Positions 1 through 12,442 of a stretch of 64,000 bases of DNA are shown here, piece after piece (the first letter of the stretch is position 1; the number at the start of each line of letters is the position of its first letter). The notes beneath the pieces were generated by a model. The model had not been told where the DNA came from and did not search any database. It saw only the letters and a list, made by a program, of their open reading frames with translations. Both the position numbers and the translations under genes were made by a program. Source of the DNA: Vitrella brassicaformis CCMP3155 (taxonomy: Eukaryota; Protista; Chromerida); contig CDMY01000220.1 in assembly GCA_001179505.1 (NCBI GenBank), positions 1 through 64,000 of the forward strand, in the 5' to 3' direction.

Positions 1-1589
1 TCCCTCTCCCAACCTCACTTTGTCAGATGAGGTCAGATCAGCGCCGCCAGCCGGGAGATGACGACTCGCCTGCTGATCGATATCATCTCGGCAGCCCTTG
101 GTGCACCACACAGGCACTCCGCGCAGCCCTACAGTCGCCAAAAAGAACAGGAGATCGGCAGCCGCTCAGCCTTTAAGCTCGCGGATGTGTGCTGGTCGCA
201 ATTTCCTTTGTCTGATCAGTCTGCCATCTGTCCATCGATTCATGTTGACTAGTTCACTCCATCAACCACGCTGAGCCGCACACATCGCATCTACAGCCCT
301 GCCCATCCCATGGCTGTGAGGGATCCCATCTAAGATATCATTGTGTGTCTGTGGTGTCTACACCGGCCATCAGACAGACCCGTATGCATATCACCCGCCT
401 CGCTCTAACAAACCGCCATCATTACGCGCACACGTCACTCGCACACAGCCACCCTGCCACAGACACCGACAGAGAGCCACAGCGGACGCAGCAGTAGATA
501 AAGACTACACCGCGCCCTTGATTCTGTCTGTCTGAGAGCGAGTCGTGTGGGAGGGTGGGTGCTTGGCACACACCCACACACAGACGGCATGCACAAAAAC
601 AGCTCAACTTGGCTTGGCTATGTATCAATCAGAGGGCTTGGCTATGTGTGGGTGTGGGGGGCGAGGTGAGAGCAAGACAGACAGACAGACTGACTGAGTA
701 CCTAATTGGGTGGTCGATCGGCTGGCTGTCCCACGTGGTGATGCTCGCCTTGACATCCCACGCACAAAAGGAAGACGGGTCAGTACTGACACGCCAGCCA
801 TCCCCTGAGTCCCCCCCAACACACTTACACACAGTCGACAAAAGGTCAAAGAAACACCGACACGCTGACTGACTTCCCCTGCCCCCCCAGTCAATGGAAA
901 ACAAAAGACGGAGAAACGGAGCGATAGACCGACGACGACAAAGAGAACCCCACGACAGACACCACCCACCCACGGCACCCAACCCTCCCTCCATCCGACC
1001 GATTGTATTTGTGTCCATCACACAGTGCCCCTCTCCTCAGCTCTTCAAGGAAGCGGCCAGAGGAAGGCAAACAGCAGTGATGGGCTGACTGGCTGTAGTA
1101 CGACGGCTGTGGGGGCATCAACCCAAACACAACACGCAATGCATTGCAATGCATTGCATTGCATTGCCCCGCCCGGCCCGTCCCGTCCACCGCTGCCCAT
1201 CGATCCCCCGCTACTCCTGAGGAGCGGCGAGGTCAGAGCACCAGGGGACTGACTGACTGACGAGGGCATGCGATGCGCTGCGGTGACAAAAAGACCGACC
1301 GACAAACGACGACAGCCACACCTCTGACCTGTCTGTCTGCCCGTGCCCACGTGACGCAGCAAGCAGAATAAATGGCCTCGCCCAATCAGACAGGCAACAC
1401 ATATAAAATGCCGCACACTACTAGGCGCATACTTGTCTGTCTGTCAGTCAGTCAGTCAGTCAATCTACCTGTGACCTTTGCGAAGGAAAGCCGTCTACCC
1501 GTGCCCGCCTGTCTGCTTGTGTCCGTCGTATCCCTCCTCGCCCATCACTCTGCTGTAGGGGTACCTTGCAGCTGCAGACCACACACACA

Positions 1590-2321
1590 CACCGACATGC
1601 AAAGGTGGCGGCGGTCCCATAGACGATAGACGCGTGAAGACATTGTGAGCACTCATATAGGCCTCCACTCTCCCAGGCAACTCTGATCTAAGAGACATAC
1701 ACACACGTGTGTGCACACGGATCCGTGTGGCTGTGCGCGTGTGTCTGTCTGTCTGTCTGCGTGAGGTGGTTCTTGATGGTCACCTGGATGAGCAGGGTGT
1801 TCTTCTCGAGCGACTGGGTGCGATGACGCCGGTCGGGGGGCGTCGGGGCGATACACACCTGCACACATACGGATGGACCTAACTTGGATGGACCGAGTTA
1901 CAGAGGGGCGTGTGAACACGTACCATCGTGCACGAAGATGTCCCGCTGCCGCACCTATCACAGACATACCCATTTCTTCATGGCTTCCCACTCTTTGTTC
2001 ACATCGAGCGGCCTCTCCTTCGGCCTAACACAAACAACACACACACACACAGGCAGACACAGAGGCGTCCACAGACACAAGCATGTTATCTGATAGCTGT
2101 TCTGTGCCTGTGCACAGCTGCACGTTACCTGGCGTCAAGTAGGTTCCCTCGGACCCCATTGCACGCACGCCGCTGCTATGGCGAGAGGGAGAGCACCACA
2201 ACGCCCAGATTGCCGGCGCTGCGTGTCGGTGGTGAAGTGGCAGATGCGCTGCCGCACAGCTGCATGCCACACAACGACACACAGACAGCCGGCTGATTCT
2301 GGCCGGTCCCCGTGGCACATC

Positions 2322-2356
<35 letters not shown>

Positions 2357-2865
2357 TGTTGTTCTGGTGAAGTCGACGGCCCTCAGCTGCAGCAGTGTCC
2401 GGCGTCATGACGGCCGCAGACAGACAGACAGACAGACAGACATCTGCAGCACAGCACACAGAGAGATGACAAGCAGCCGTCTTCCATCATTGCGAGGCAT
2501 CAGCCGTCCGTCACTCATTCATTCACTCAGTCACTTATCTGATTGACTCGCCGCATGTGTATCTGTGTTACCGACCTCAGCTGAGAAGGCAAAGTGGACG
2601 CCGGACGACAGATCTCCGCACAGGGCCGTCAGAGGGCTGCGCACCAAGCCGAAAGAGGCCAAAACACTGGAGAACCGATGAGCTTCAGGGTTCGAAGGGT
2701 CAAAGGGTTTCATACCCTTCAACCCTACAAGAGGGCGAATGCGGCGTCTGTGCCGTGTCATAAAGCTGTGCGTCTGTGAGAGTTGACGCACTCGGCCGAC
2801 AAGAGGGCGAGAGGAATACTCGAATCAGTCATCCTTTCGACTGCTGCGGTGAGATGACGGGCCAT
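1590..2865 (-). CDS. Possible degraded or hypothetical multi-exon gene; exon chain not fully resolvable
   Basis: Exon-like segments flanked by splice signals: MARHLTAAVERMTDS / LKGMKPFDPSNPEAHRFSSVLASFGLVRSPLTALCGDLSSGVHFAFSAE, PKERPLDVNKEWEAMKKW, QSLEKNTLLIQ, IRVAWESGGLYECSQCLH. Some junctions do not join cleanly and no family was recognised. Confidence 0.2.
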
Positions 2866-3013
2866 TGAGCTGACAGCTCAACAAAAGTGAGGGAGACGAA
2901 TACTCACCTACTCACTGACTGATGCGCTCACTCATCCAGTCGCCTCAATGCGTTCGCCTCTCTCTCTCTGTGTGTCTGTCGGCCCATCGCTGCAGGCGTG
3001 TCGTTGAGGAGTG

Positions 3014-4817
3014 ATGGCGGCCTCCTCATCTGCCGCTGCTGGTGGTGGTGGTGGTGGATTCAGTTCTCTATCTGGTGATCTGTCCATCTGATCATCGAAC
3101 CAGGTGAGCAGCACACAGATCAGTGAGCAGCATGCTTGATGCACACGATCCTCTGTCGGCTCTGTCGCTCTGTGCAGGCTGTCGTCGAGCGCATCATAGC
3201 CCAGATGCAGCAACCGCAGCAGCAGCAACAGCAGCAGCATCCCTTCTCGTATATCTTCGTCGGCCGCCGCACCTACTACCTCTTCAGCAGCATCAAGGAC
3301 ATCCTGCGGCTGAGGGCCACCTGCACATGGCTGAGAGATCTCTTCGGAGCGGCCCAGCTGAGAGTTCGGCTCAGCCACTCGCTCGGCTCACAGGCGGGGC
3401 TGCGGCGGGCGGTGAATGGGCAGCAGGTGCAGCTGCTGCGGTTCGACGACGACCACTTCGGCGCCCATGATCTGCTGGCGGCTGTGTGTGTGGTGGAGGA
3501 GGGGCCATGGGGCGAGATGGGCGAGGTGATTGAGCTGGCGGTGCAGTGCCGCAACTGTGACCTGCCTGTCATCCTCACAGCCGATGACATCAACACACAC
3601 GCAACCAAAACGGTGAGCCAGCAAACAGAGGGGCGGGGAGGGGAGGGAGAGGGCGTCAATCTCTCTCTGTGTGTCTGTGTGTGTGTTTGTAGGCATATGT
3701 GTCGGCTCCCCGTGTGTTGGCGCAGCTCAAGATGGTCGGCAGCCACTTCCACTTCAGCGACGGCAGCTGCCTGCAGCTCTTCCACCACAATGGTGAGGTG
3801 CGGGCCATCAAAGACCAGCCCGGCCAGCCCGGCTTTCGGCTGGAGGTCGACCCGCCCCTCCCCGCCAACCATCTGTACCGGCAGCACCGGCAGCCACACG
3901 ACCCACCAGTGAATAGCCGCGACATCTACTGGTCCCCCTACCACGTCAGATGGCGCGTGGGTGGTGGCCGGTTCACCCAGGCGTCATTGTCGTCGTTTGC
4001 CAAGTACGTGATCTTCGACCACTTCTAATGGACTCACCACATCGAGAGCACATCGACAACACTCAACAGGTAACACACCAACGGAATCACTCTGGTCGGG
4101 TGGGCACCCACAAGTCGTTTGTTGATGTCTGTTTGTTCAGACGTGTCGGTGGCGGCCGTGTGGATGGCCTGCTGACCGAGTCGCCCCACACACCGGTGGC
4201 CGGCTGCAGCACCACAGTCAGCCGCCGACAGCTGGTGCTCACCGACTGCAGCCACAACTTCGTCGCCTGGATCTTCATCAGCGAATCAGGAAACAACGAC
4301 GGTTCGTGTGACAGAGAGGGCGGGATTGTTAATGGCCAGATGTCACATATTTTCCTTCCCCTTGTCTGCAGTGAGTGTGCGTATCGAGACCACTGAGGCG
4401 GCTGTGTGTGAGAGCGGTTTGTTCAAGCACCGCTTCCCGTTGACCACTCAGCTGGCTCGTGTGGCGTTGGGGGCGGTGGCGCCGTACGTCTTCGACGGAC
4501 TAGTAGAGGGACAGCAGCAGCAGCAGCAGCAGGATGATGACGATGACGATAGCGACGGTACGAGCGCACACACACAAGATGGATGGAAGATGGGCCTTCT
4601 CTCTGTGTGGGTGTGGTCTGCAGATTCCGACAGCGGTGATATCGATAGCGATGAGGGTGACGATATGGACGACGGCAGCGGAGGTACACGGGAAGGACGG
4701 CACAGCCACACACATCACGGAGGCCCTCACATTGGCCTGCATCGCTTTCATTTGTGTGTGTGTCCTGTGCACTCGACAGGTGAAGATGCCGCAGCTGAGG
4801 CGAACAGCGGCGACTGA
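3014..4817 (+). pseudogene. Member of an apparently lineage-expanded hypothetical protein family, disrupted by two in-frame stops
   Basis: ATG at 3014 (MAASSSAAAGGGGGG). Phase-consistent GT-AG introns include 3104-3177 and 3613-3692, with further introns downstream. The spliced frame runs to TGA at 4815-4817 but contains TGA at 3089-3091 and TAA at 4026-4028. Sequence after each stop stays coding-like and in frame (RRVGGGRVDGLLTESPHTPVAGC...). Family membership is recalled from resemblance, not searched. Confidence 0.75.
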
Positions 4818-6086
4818 TCGATCCATCGACTTGTCAATACTGGTGGGCGAGCAGCGGTGCACACCCTCTGTCACGTGGCTGATGTCGCCCTGGCTGAACA
4901 TGTGTGTGTGTGCGTTGTCAGGGGGTGTCTCTTGGGTGCTGACTGTCATCGTGTCGGTAGCCAATTCGTCTCTCCAAGACACATCGCACACCGCTCACAC
5001 TGTAGACAGACCAGCTGCTGCTGATATGTGACCGAATGGCTGGCTGGCTTACTGTGTGGTCGAGACTTCCATGCCTCTGATGTGTCAGTTCAGGGGGTCT
5101 ATGGCTTCGCTTATTTGCCCGTGCGTCGCTCTTCTCTGTGTGTAGCCCTCTCGCCCTCTGTCCCTCTCTCAGTCTCGCCTTCTGTCTGTATGTCTGAATG
5201 AGATATCCGCCCGTCCTCATGGCCGGCGGCCTGGGGGTGCATCTCGTGCGGTCCTGCCGGCCGATTTTGATGTGATGCTTCGGCCGGTGTGTGAATGTGT
5301 TTGCCTGCCTGGCTGACTCACTGGCCATGCCCCTCTCTCGATGGCTGTGCGGTGGAATGTGTCTGCGTGTGTGTGCCGTGACGGCCGTGGAGTGAACTCA
5401 CTGTGCACACTCAGAGTTCACTCAAAGTCGTCAAGTGACCGACTGAGTTGACCTAGTGAAGTGCTCCCACACACAAATAGGCCGACTGAGACAGTGCCTC
5501 TCCCCACACAGAGAGAGATGCCGCCGACCCCAACCAGCCAGCCAGCCAGCCAGAGAGACAGACAGGCCACTTCACGCTGCCGGCAATCATAGAAGGCGCC
5601 GCGCAGCCCCGCTCACTCGTGAATGAGAAGAACCCGCCGTCCTTAATATGTTGACATGGCCGTCTGGGCGTCCGTGTCGTCTGGGTGTGCACTGCTCACA
5701 CACACAAACCCCAGCCAGCCAGGGGCCAATCGGACGGACAGGATTGTTGAGCTCCGTTGGTGTGCGACAGACCGTTCAAAGGAAAGCCGTCCATCGACCG
5801 ACCGACACGTACGTATGATACGCATCCACATGAACGGGGCAGTGCACAGACATCTGAGTGAAATGCGAGTCGTGCAGCTTTCGACTGGTTGGCACTGTAC
5901 AGGCATTCATAGCTGGTTGCATGAGAGCCACGGACACACCTTTCAGTCACAATCACGTCATGGATGGTCTGTTGTTTAAACCGCACGGACACCCACATAC
6001 ACCACTCGTGGACACACAGAAACGTTCACCCAACACCCAACACACACAGTGTCACGCAGACGAGCATCCATCCATTCATCCATCCA

Positions 6087-9000
6087 TCAAAGACGACTAG
6101 GCAGATCCCCCCTGTCCCCGCTCCCATTCCCCTGTGCACGTGCATGCGACACAGTAGCAGCGAGGCCGATCTCGCCTCCCTCACTGCAACTCACTGGGCC
6201 ATCAATTTGAGTATGAACCCATATATCCCAACACAAATGATATTTGCATTCTTTCACACTGTAGTGCGGTGCGGCCTGCCTGACGCGCTCATCCGCAAAC
6301 GAGCGGAGGTCGGCCAGCTTATCGGCCTCGCTGTACCCCTCCAAACAACTCGCAGGCAGCCCTACATCCAACAACACACTCGCTGGTCGCAGAGCTAACG
6401 ATAACTTGATGAACTCTGCCACGCCTGCCTTGCTCCTGAAAGTTGCTCGCATGAGATAGCGGCAGCCAACCCCTGACAGTCTGTCAGAGGCGTCCGCCGG
6501 CCACGGCCACTCACTCCTCACCCTCCTCACCCCACAACCATCCACAGCAAGGTCGACCAGATCTCGCTGCTCTACAGTGAGATAAGAGAGAAACTCACAG
6601 ACGGCAGCAAGGCTAGACACACTATAGAGGCAGACGCTCTTCAGTGATGTCAGTCCGCCCAGAAGCGGGCTGAGCTTGCTACTGGCGGCACGCAGGTCAG
6701 CCAGGGACAGCAAGAAAAAGGACATGCTCAGGTGCTCGACAGCGGGGAAGCATCGGCTGGTCGCCCCGTTCCTCTCCGTCAACCATGTGGGGATGCTGTC
6801 GATCAATGCCGATGTTCTCGCGTCCTCGTCGGCAAATATGCTGATTCTCCTGGCCTTGTGGAAGATGAGCTTGTCACGCCATGAGTCGTGCAGCGCTGTG
6901 CCACCGAGCTTCAACACAATCTGTGGCATTGGGACACACAGACAGATTGGGACACACACAGACACACAGAGACAGCGCTGCACACCCTCTCTGGTGCACT
7001 CCTTCCCTCCCTCCCTCCCTCCGTGTCTGTGCGTTCCTTACCCCTGTTGCATCGGCCACCAGCTGTCTTGTGATCTCTCCGTAAAGGCCGGGCGCTGGAG
7101 GGGCAATGGCATCGCTGTTGCTGCAGTCGATCGTCAAGCTCTCGCACGACGGTCGCCAATCGAGCTGGCACTTGACGTCGTCCGCCCACCTACGGAATGC
7201 CTCGATGGTGAATGCCACCTGCTGGCCGTAGTCCACACCGATCGAGGCATCCACCACGAAGTCGAGCTTCTTCGGCACCTCTGCAACGGGTAAGCCACAT
7301 ACATGCAAGTCATCTGCCCCCCCTGACTGAAGTGATTGGGTGTTTGTGGTCACGTACCTTTCTTCTCTGGTTGGCTCCAGTGTCGGTTGAGGGTGTCCTT
7401 GAGCTGAGTGAGGCAGCCGAAGTCGATGCCGATCCCGATGCCGGTGACGGTGGTGAGGAAGGGGCACTTGGCGAGGGCATCGAGGAACTTGGCCCACTGG
7501 TCATTGTCGAATTCTATCAGCCAGTCGGCCTCCAGCCGCTCGATCTTGGGCGACTGGCGGAGCAGACGCACCAGGGAGGCGGCATCCTCACTGCGGATGC
7601 AACCGGGGCGGCGCAGTGTGCTGAGTGCCGGGAACCTCCACCCGAGATCACTGCAGACACACAGACGTCGTCCTAAGAGATGAATGACTACGCTATTGCG
7701 TCAACGCTGACTCCCCTCTGTGCGTATCTGATGAGCTTAAGCCCTCCGGCCCAACGGACGTCCAGGTCGGTGACGGATGAGAACACGATGGGCTCGGCAT
7801 CCGACGTCCTTGAGCCGTACATGAAGTCCAGGGTGATCTTCCTGATTGAGTCCTTGTTGGCCCCCAGCAGCTTCGGCACCACAGGCGGGATCCAGGGGAC
7901 ATGAGCCACCTGGGTCTTGCCCTGTACACACACACACACACAGACACAGACGACAGGTCGCGTCCCACCATTTGTGTGTTATCCATTCGTTCATGTGTCC
8001 ACGCCACCTCTCTCACCAAGTGCTTCGTATCCTTGTTCACGTCCCGAATCTTGCTGTAGCTTTCCCCCTCGTCACACGTCATGGTGAAGTGTCGGAATAC
8101 GCCGAAGGTCTCGTCGGTGGCCATCGTGTGGATGTCCTTGTTGACCTTGGCCAGCCGGGCTGCCGTCTTGGTGGTGACGAAGGAGCCCATGTTGCTGAAG
8201 ACGTCCTCAGGCAGACCCGACAGACACGGACGACCGTATTTCTGACACACACATGCAGACATGTGCACACTGGTAGAGGTCATGGTGTCTGCCACTTCTC
8301 TGTGCCAGTCACCTTGGGCTTCTTCATCGGCTTTTTTGTCCGCTCTGCAGGACCACACACATCCACCGACCCACCTGAAGGTACCGTACCACACACACAG
8401 CACAACAAACAAGGCATAGAGCAGTCATGCCGGTGCGGTGCAGACGATCCGATCCATCATTGGGTTGGTGTACCTGCGGCAGCAGCAGCGGCAGCCGGCT
8501 CGACATCTACAGGTCTACGCTTGCTCTCGCCCTCATCACCAGCAGACACCTGGATGAACACAACTCAAAGAAGCAGCACGGATGGGACGCCATCGCCATG
8601 AGCTGAGCTGGTCCACCTGTGTGCGTTGCAGTTTTGCCTGTCCTTACCGCTGTGGATTTCTGTGGTTTGGTGGCAGTCCCAACCACTGCACCGCCCGGCC
8701 TGCTGTCATTGACATTGCTATGCCATCGGAACCCCTTGCCGCCAATGCGCTGACATAGACACACAGAGGAGAGTGATCGGCCAGTGTGAGCCATTCATTC
8801 AGCCGTCATCCCATCCTTACCGCCAGGCCTTTGGTGAGGGCCGAGTCGGTGTCGCTGAGAGTGTTCCGAACGGCTGCCAGACTGTCCGGCTGCCACAGAC
8901 AGCAACACGAAAACACACTGAGTGGTGCTGTTCGGGTGGCTGTGTGGTGCTTCGTGCGGACCTGTGTGGCGTTGTCGCTTTGTAAGGCTATGATGTGGTC

Positions 9001-9323
9001 CGCCCGCTCAGCATCAGAGGCAATCTGAGAGGCGACCTGCACGGCAGAAGAGCCAACAACACAGTGACGTCACTCATGCTGTGTGTGTGGAGCCCTTTTT
9101 CCCCCGCTCACCGACTGTATCTGTTGCAGAAGCTCTCGAGAGCTACCACAGCCATGATCGGCACCCTGCCCGCCGCCCTGCTCACCTGCAGCACACATCG
9201 TCCGGAAGAATAAGGCATGACACACCGTCCATCAGTTGTGTGTGTGGTGATGACGGTGTGACCTGCAGAGGCAGCCGGGCTGTCAGCTTTGTCTATATCC
9301 ATCGGAGCACTGTCTAAGTCCAT
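6087..9323 (-). CDS. Multi-exon protein with an F-box-like motif and an LRR-like leucine-rich C-terminal region
   Basis: Hand-spliced chain from ATG 9323 (MDLDSAPMDIDK...) through LSGLPEDVFSNMGSFVTTKTAARLAKVNK (F-box-like LP-x-E pattern), WRFPALSTL, FLDALAKCPFLTTVTG and LLGGLTSLKSVCL to the stop at 6087. The 5' exons are less certain. Confidence 0.65.
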
Positions 9324-9569
9324 CAATCCGCTTTCAGCGCCTCTCCTGACTAACACACCGAATTAACACGAATGACTATTTTGTTTTTCTGCATCTCGTC
9401 TGCCCTGCCTGCCGGCCTGCCTGTCTCCCTTCCTCAGCGTGTCTGTTTGCTTGCCTGTTTGGCTGATGGTCAGCGCCGCTGAGATGAGATGACAGTGATC
9501 AAAACACCGCCCCGCATTCCACTGACATACATCCTTCTCTGCGATAGTCAATCGCCAAAGTGTACTCTC

Positions 9570-11083
9570 CTTCCTTTCTGAGCTCGCAACGTAAAGGGAA
9601 TGAACATGGGCCTGTCAGCCGCCTCCAGCTGGCTGGTTCGACCAACCAGCCGCCCCGTTTGTATACGGGGACGTGTCTTTTCACCTGGCGAAGACCATTG
9701 CCAGGTGCAAAGACATGCCTTCCAGCTGACGTTCCATTGCGAGGTTTGCCTCTTGGACAGTGCTGGGCTGCATGCCGGCGGCCTCCATTCTCCAGAGCAG
9801 CTCTGACGCCTTGTGTCCTGACGCTGATCGATTGATGCACACACAGATACTAAGGATGCTTGGGTTGTCACTAGGTGAATTCACATATTCATCTTTATGT
9901 GCCGAATCCGTATCTGTATCAGGCAGAATAGGGGAGACATGTTCGCCCCCACCCAGACCCACCCACCTGGTCACACAATAGCTGCCTTTTCTTGTCGCAC
10001 TCCAGGGGGCGCCCTTAATATGTGCACAACAAGATGCCCTCTGCTCATCTCTTCTATCCTCCCTTACTCTCTTTCTATGTGTCTCTGTCCATGGATGTCG
10101 TCGCGCTCGTTCTTGAAGCGCCCATCCGAACAGAAGATCGATGAACATCAGACAAACATACTGGCTGGCTGATACAGAGCAGCAGGAGCCGTTAGTGGAC
10201 AGGGCGGCGTGTGGCTGTTCTTAGTGAGTGACCTTCTTCTCGGCCAAGCCAATGATGAGTGTAGTCCTTGGTGTCTTGAGCCGCATTGAAACAGATCCGT
10301 GAACGCCGCCGCAACCCAACCATACACAGACACCAAACAAAACATGTACACATTCGTCTCTCCACACACACAGACACACACACCTTGCAATGCAGAGCTT
10401 GTCACACGTGTGGCTTACCTTACCGAGGCAGGAGACAGAAGGGAGACAGACACCCCAGTCAGTCAGTTCCTGCCGACCTCCTTGGGCTGGGCGGCATCCG
10501 TTTGGCCAGGCAGGCGAGGCGCTGAACATGGTCACTCACGGGTTACCCGTGAACAGCCGTCAGGATCACCTGCACTCGGTGGGGAGCACATCAACTAACA
10601 GACACACATATCTGTGTGTTCATCCTCTCTTTCTCCCTTCCTGTTGCGTGTGCGGTGAAAAATGCCCACCAACTGAAAGCAGCCGCAGCTTATCGTCCTC
10701 CTCACGGCTGGCGTCCGTCAGGTCTGATGTCAAGTCAAAGCAGCACTTCTACCATCATCATTGTGTGTGCCAAACACGTACCTGAAAGATAGTCCTCGTG
10801 GCGAGCAGCTCCGTTGGCGCCATCGTAACGCGGGTCCCTATATAGCGGCCTGCCTGCATCTGAAGGAGCGTTACGAGCAAACAGGCCAGACAAGCAGAGA
10901 CAGGCACACACAGAGTGGAAGAGATGTGAAGGACAGAATTGAACATGTGTGTGATCCTCTTTCTTGTGTCTGTCTTCACGACGTCGTGCATACCTGCGCG
11001 GGAGGTAATATCGCCGTCACAAATGCAACCGTACAAAGCCTCTACGCCAACAAACGACAAAAGCCCACAAGCAACAAGAGCTA
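9570..11083 (-). CDS. Hypothetical multi-exon gene or gene remnant
   Basis: Phase-1 exons with AG/GT borders: DAGRPLYRDPRYDGANGAARHEDYLS, DLTDASREEDDKLRLLSV, and further down ASELLWRMEAAGMQPSTVQEANLAMERQLEGMSLHLAMVFAR and QLEAADRPMFIPFTLRAQK. I could not build a stop-free continuous model. Confidence 0.3.
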
Positions 11084-12292
11084 GCGTGCTACACAAACAT
11101 ACATACACATGCATGCATGCACGGTTGGCGGTCTCCATTCAGTATATTCTTCATTCATTTTGTGTGCGAGCGTGTGTCTGTGGGGGAGCGAGGAATTAGT
11201 CGGATTGATTTTGATTGAGGAGAGAAGGGGGAAGGCTGGAAGTGCTTGTTGCCGTGGCGTTGAATCCGTTTCCGCAAGTCGGGGCTGGGTTTCGTTACCA
11301 TTTGATTGAGTGTTGCGTAGAAGGCCACGGGGCGATGAGGCGATGGGCTTCGGTCGGGAGGTGAGGAGAAGAGTTTTGGCGCTCTTTTTTGATTCTTTTC
11401 TCTCTCTCCCTCTCTGTTTCACAGAGACAGACGATGGCGACTTGCGCGGACTCGCCTTGTCGACGGCGGCGCTACACACATAATGTGCCCAACTTCGCAA
11501 ATTTATTCCCGCTCACCAGCTGTTTTTTCTTCCTCCTGGAATGGAAAGAAATGTCTGTGCAGCAGCAAAGGCAAAATTAGCGTCAGTACTGACTCAGTGA
11601 GTGTACACAGAACACCTGATCCACTGAATGCTTCATTCACCTGTTGAGGACTCCGTTGAGAAAAGGAGACGGCCATCAAAACAAAACCCCAAAATCTCAT
11701 CTGCACACAAACACGCCAGCACGGCACATGAGATGGCCACAGCAATGAAACGGGCCACGCAGTCATCCTCGGACATCATCCACACACCACACCAGCACCG
11801 CAGCCAACCCAAAGATATGACACGTGTGCTCACCTGAGAGAATGTTCAAAGTTTGAAGACAAAAGAAGGCGTCCGCGCTCTCAGCTGACGCCAGACAGGT
11901 GTCAGGCAGTCACCACCCATTCAGCAGAAGCCAGGGCGCCACCGGCCAAGGCCTCCCTCGCGGCACGGCGGTATAGAGAGGGAGCGGCAGACGACATTCG
12001 GACCAGTTGAGGGGCGACCACATAAGCCAACGATCACTCACCAAGGGAGGAGAGAGCCTCAGGCTGAAGCCACATTCTGACGGGCGGGCGGGTCAGGGGC
12101 GGTCAGGTGGACTCGTCCTCTTCGAAAACGGCGAGCGGAGGGGGCTGCGTGGGCCTCGGGCGGATGGCGCCCGACGATTTCCGCTGAAAAAGGAGAAAAA
12201 ACGAAGAAGATGTGAGGCGAACAGTGAGGAATGAGGAGACCTGGCGTCGAAACTGTCCGCTGCTTCTTTTTTTTGAGAAGACCGTCTCGAGT

Positions 12293-12316
12293 CGGCGAGA
12301 ATTCGAATTCTCGCCG
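12293..12316. other. Perfect 24-bp palindrome CGGCGAGAATTCGAATTCTCGCCG
   Basis: Read directly; the sequence equals its own reverse complement. It lies about 130 bp upstream of the BTB-TLDc ATG. Confidence 0.95.
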
Positions 12317-12442
12317 CGATCCTCGCCACAAGCTCGCAGGCTTTTGGAAGCAATAGAAGATACTTTCGCAGCCTAGCAAAGCAAGGCCTCGTCATTCATC
12401 AGCAAGGACACGGCAGACACCAGCAGTAAAGCGGCTGACAAG

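Noticed and set aside
1136-1157. 22-bp palindrome GCAATGCATTGCAATGCATTGC
   Set aside because: Built from a low-complexity TGCAT/TGCAA pentamer array, so the symmetry is explained by slippage.
3089-4028. Stop-codon reassignment or readthrough as the explanation for in-frame TGA/TAA
   Set aside because: Conserved genes in the window terminate normally at TGA or TAG (KRI1, OAT, RAP, AP2) and contain no internal stops. Pseudogenisation is the simpler explanation.
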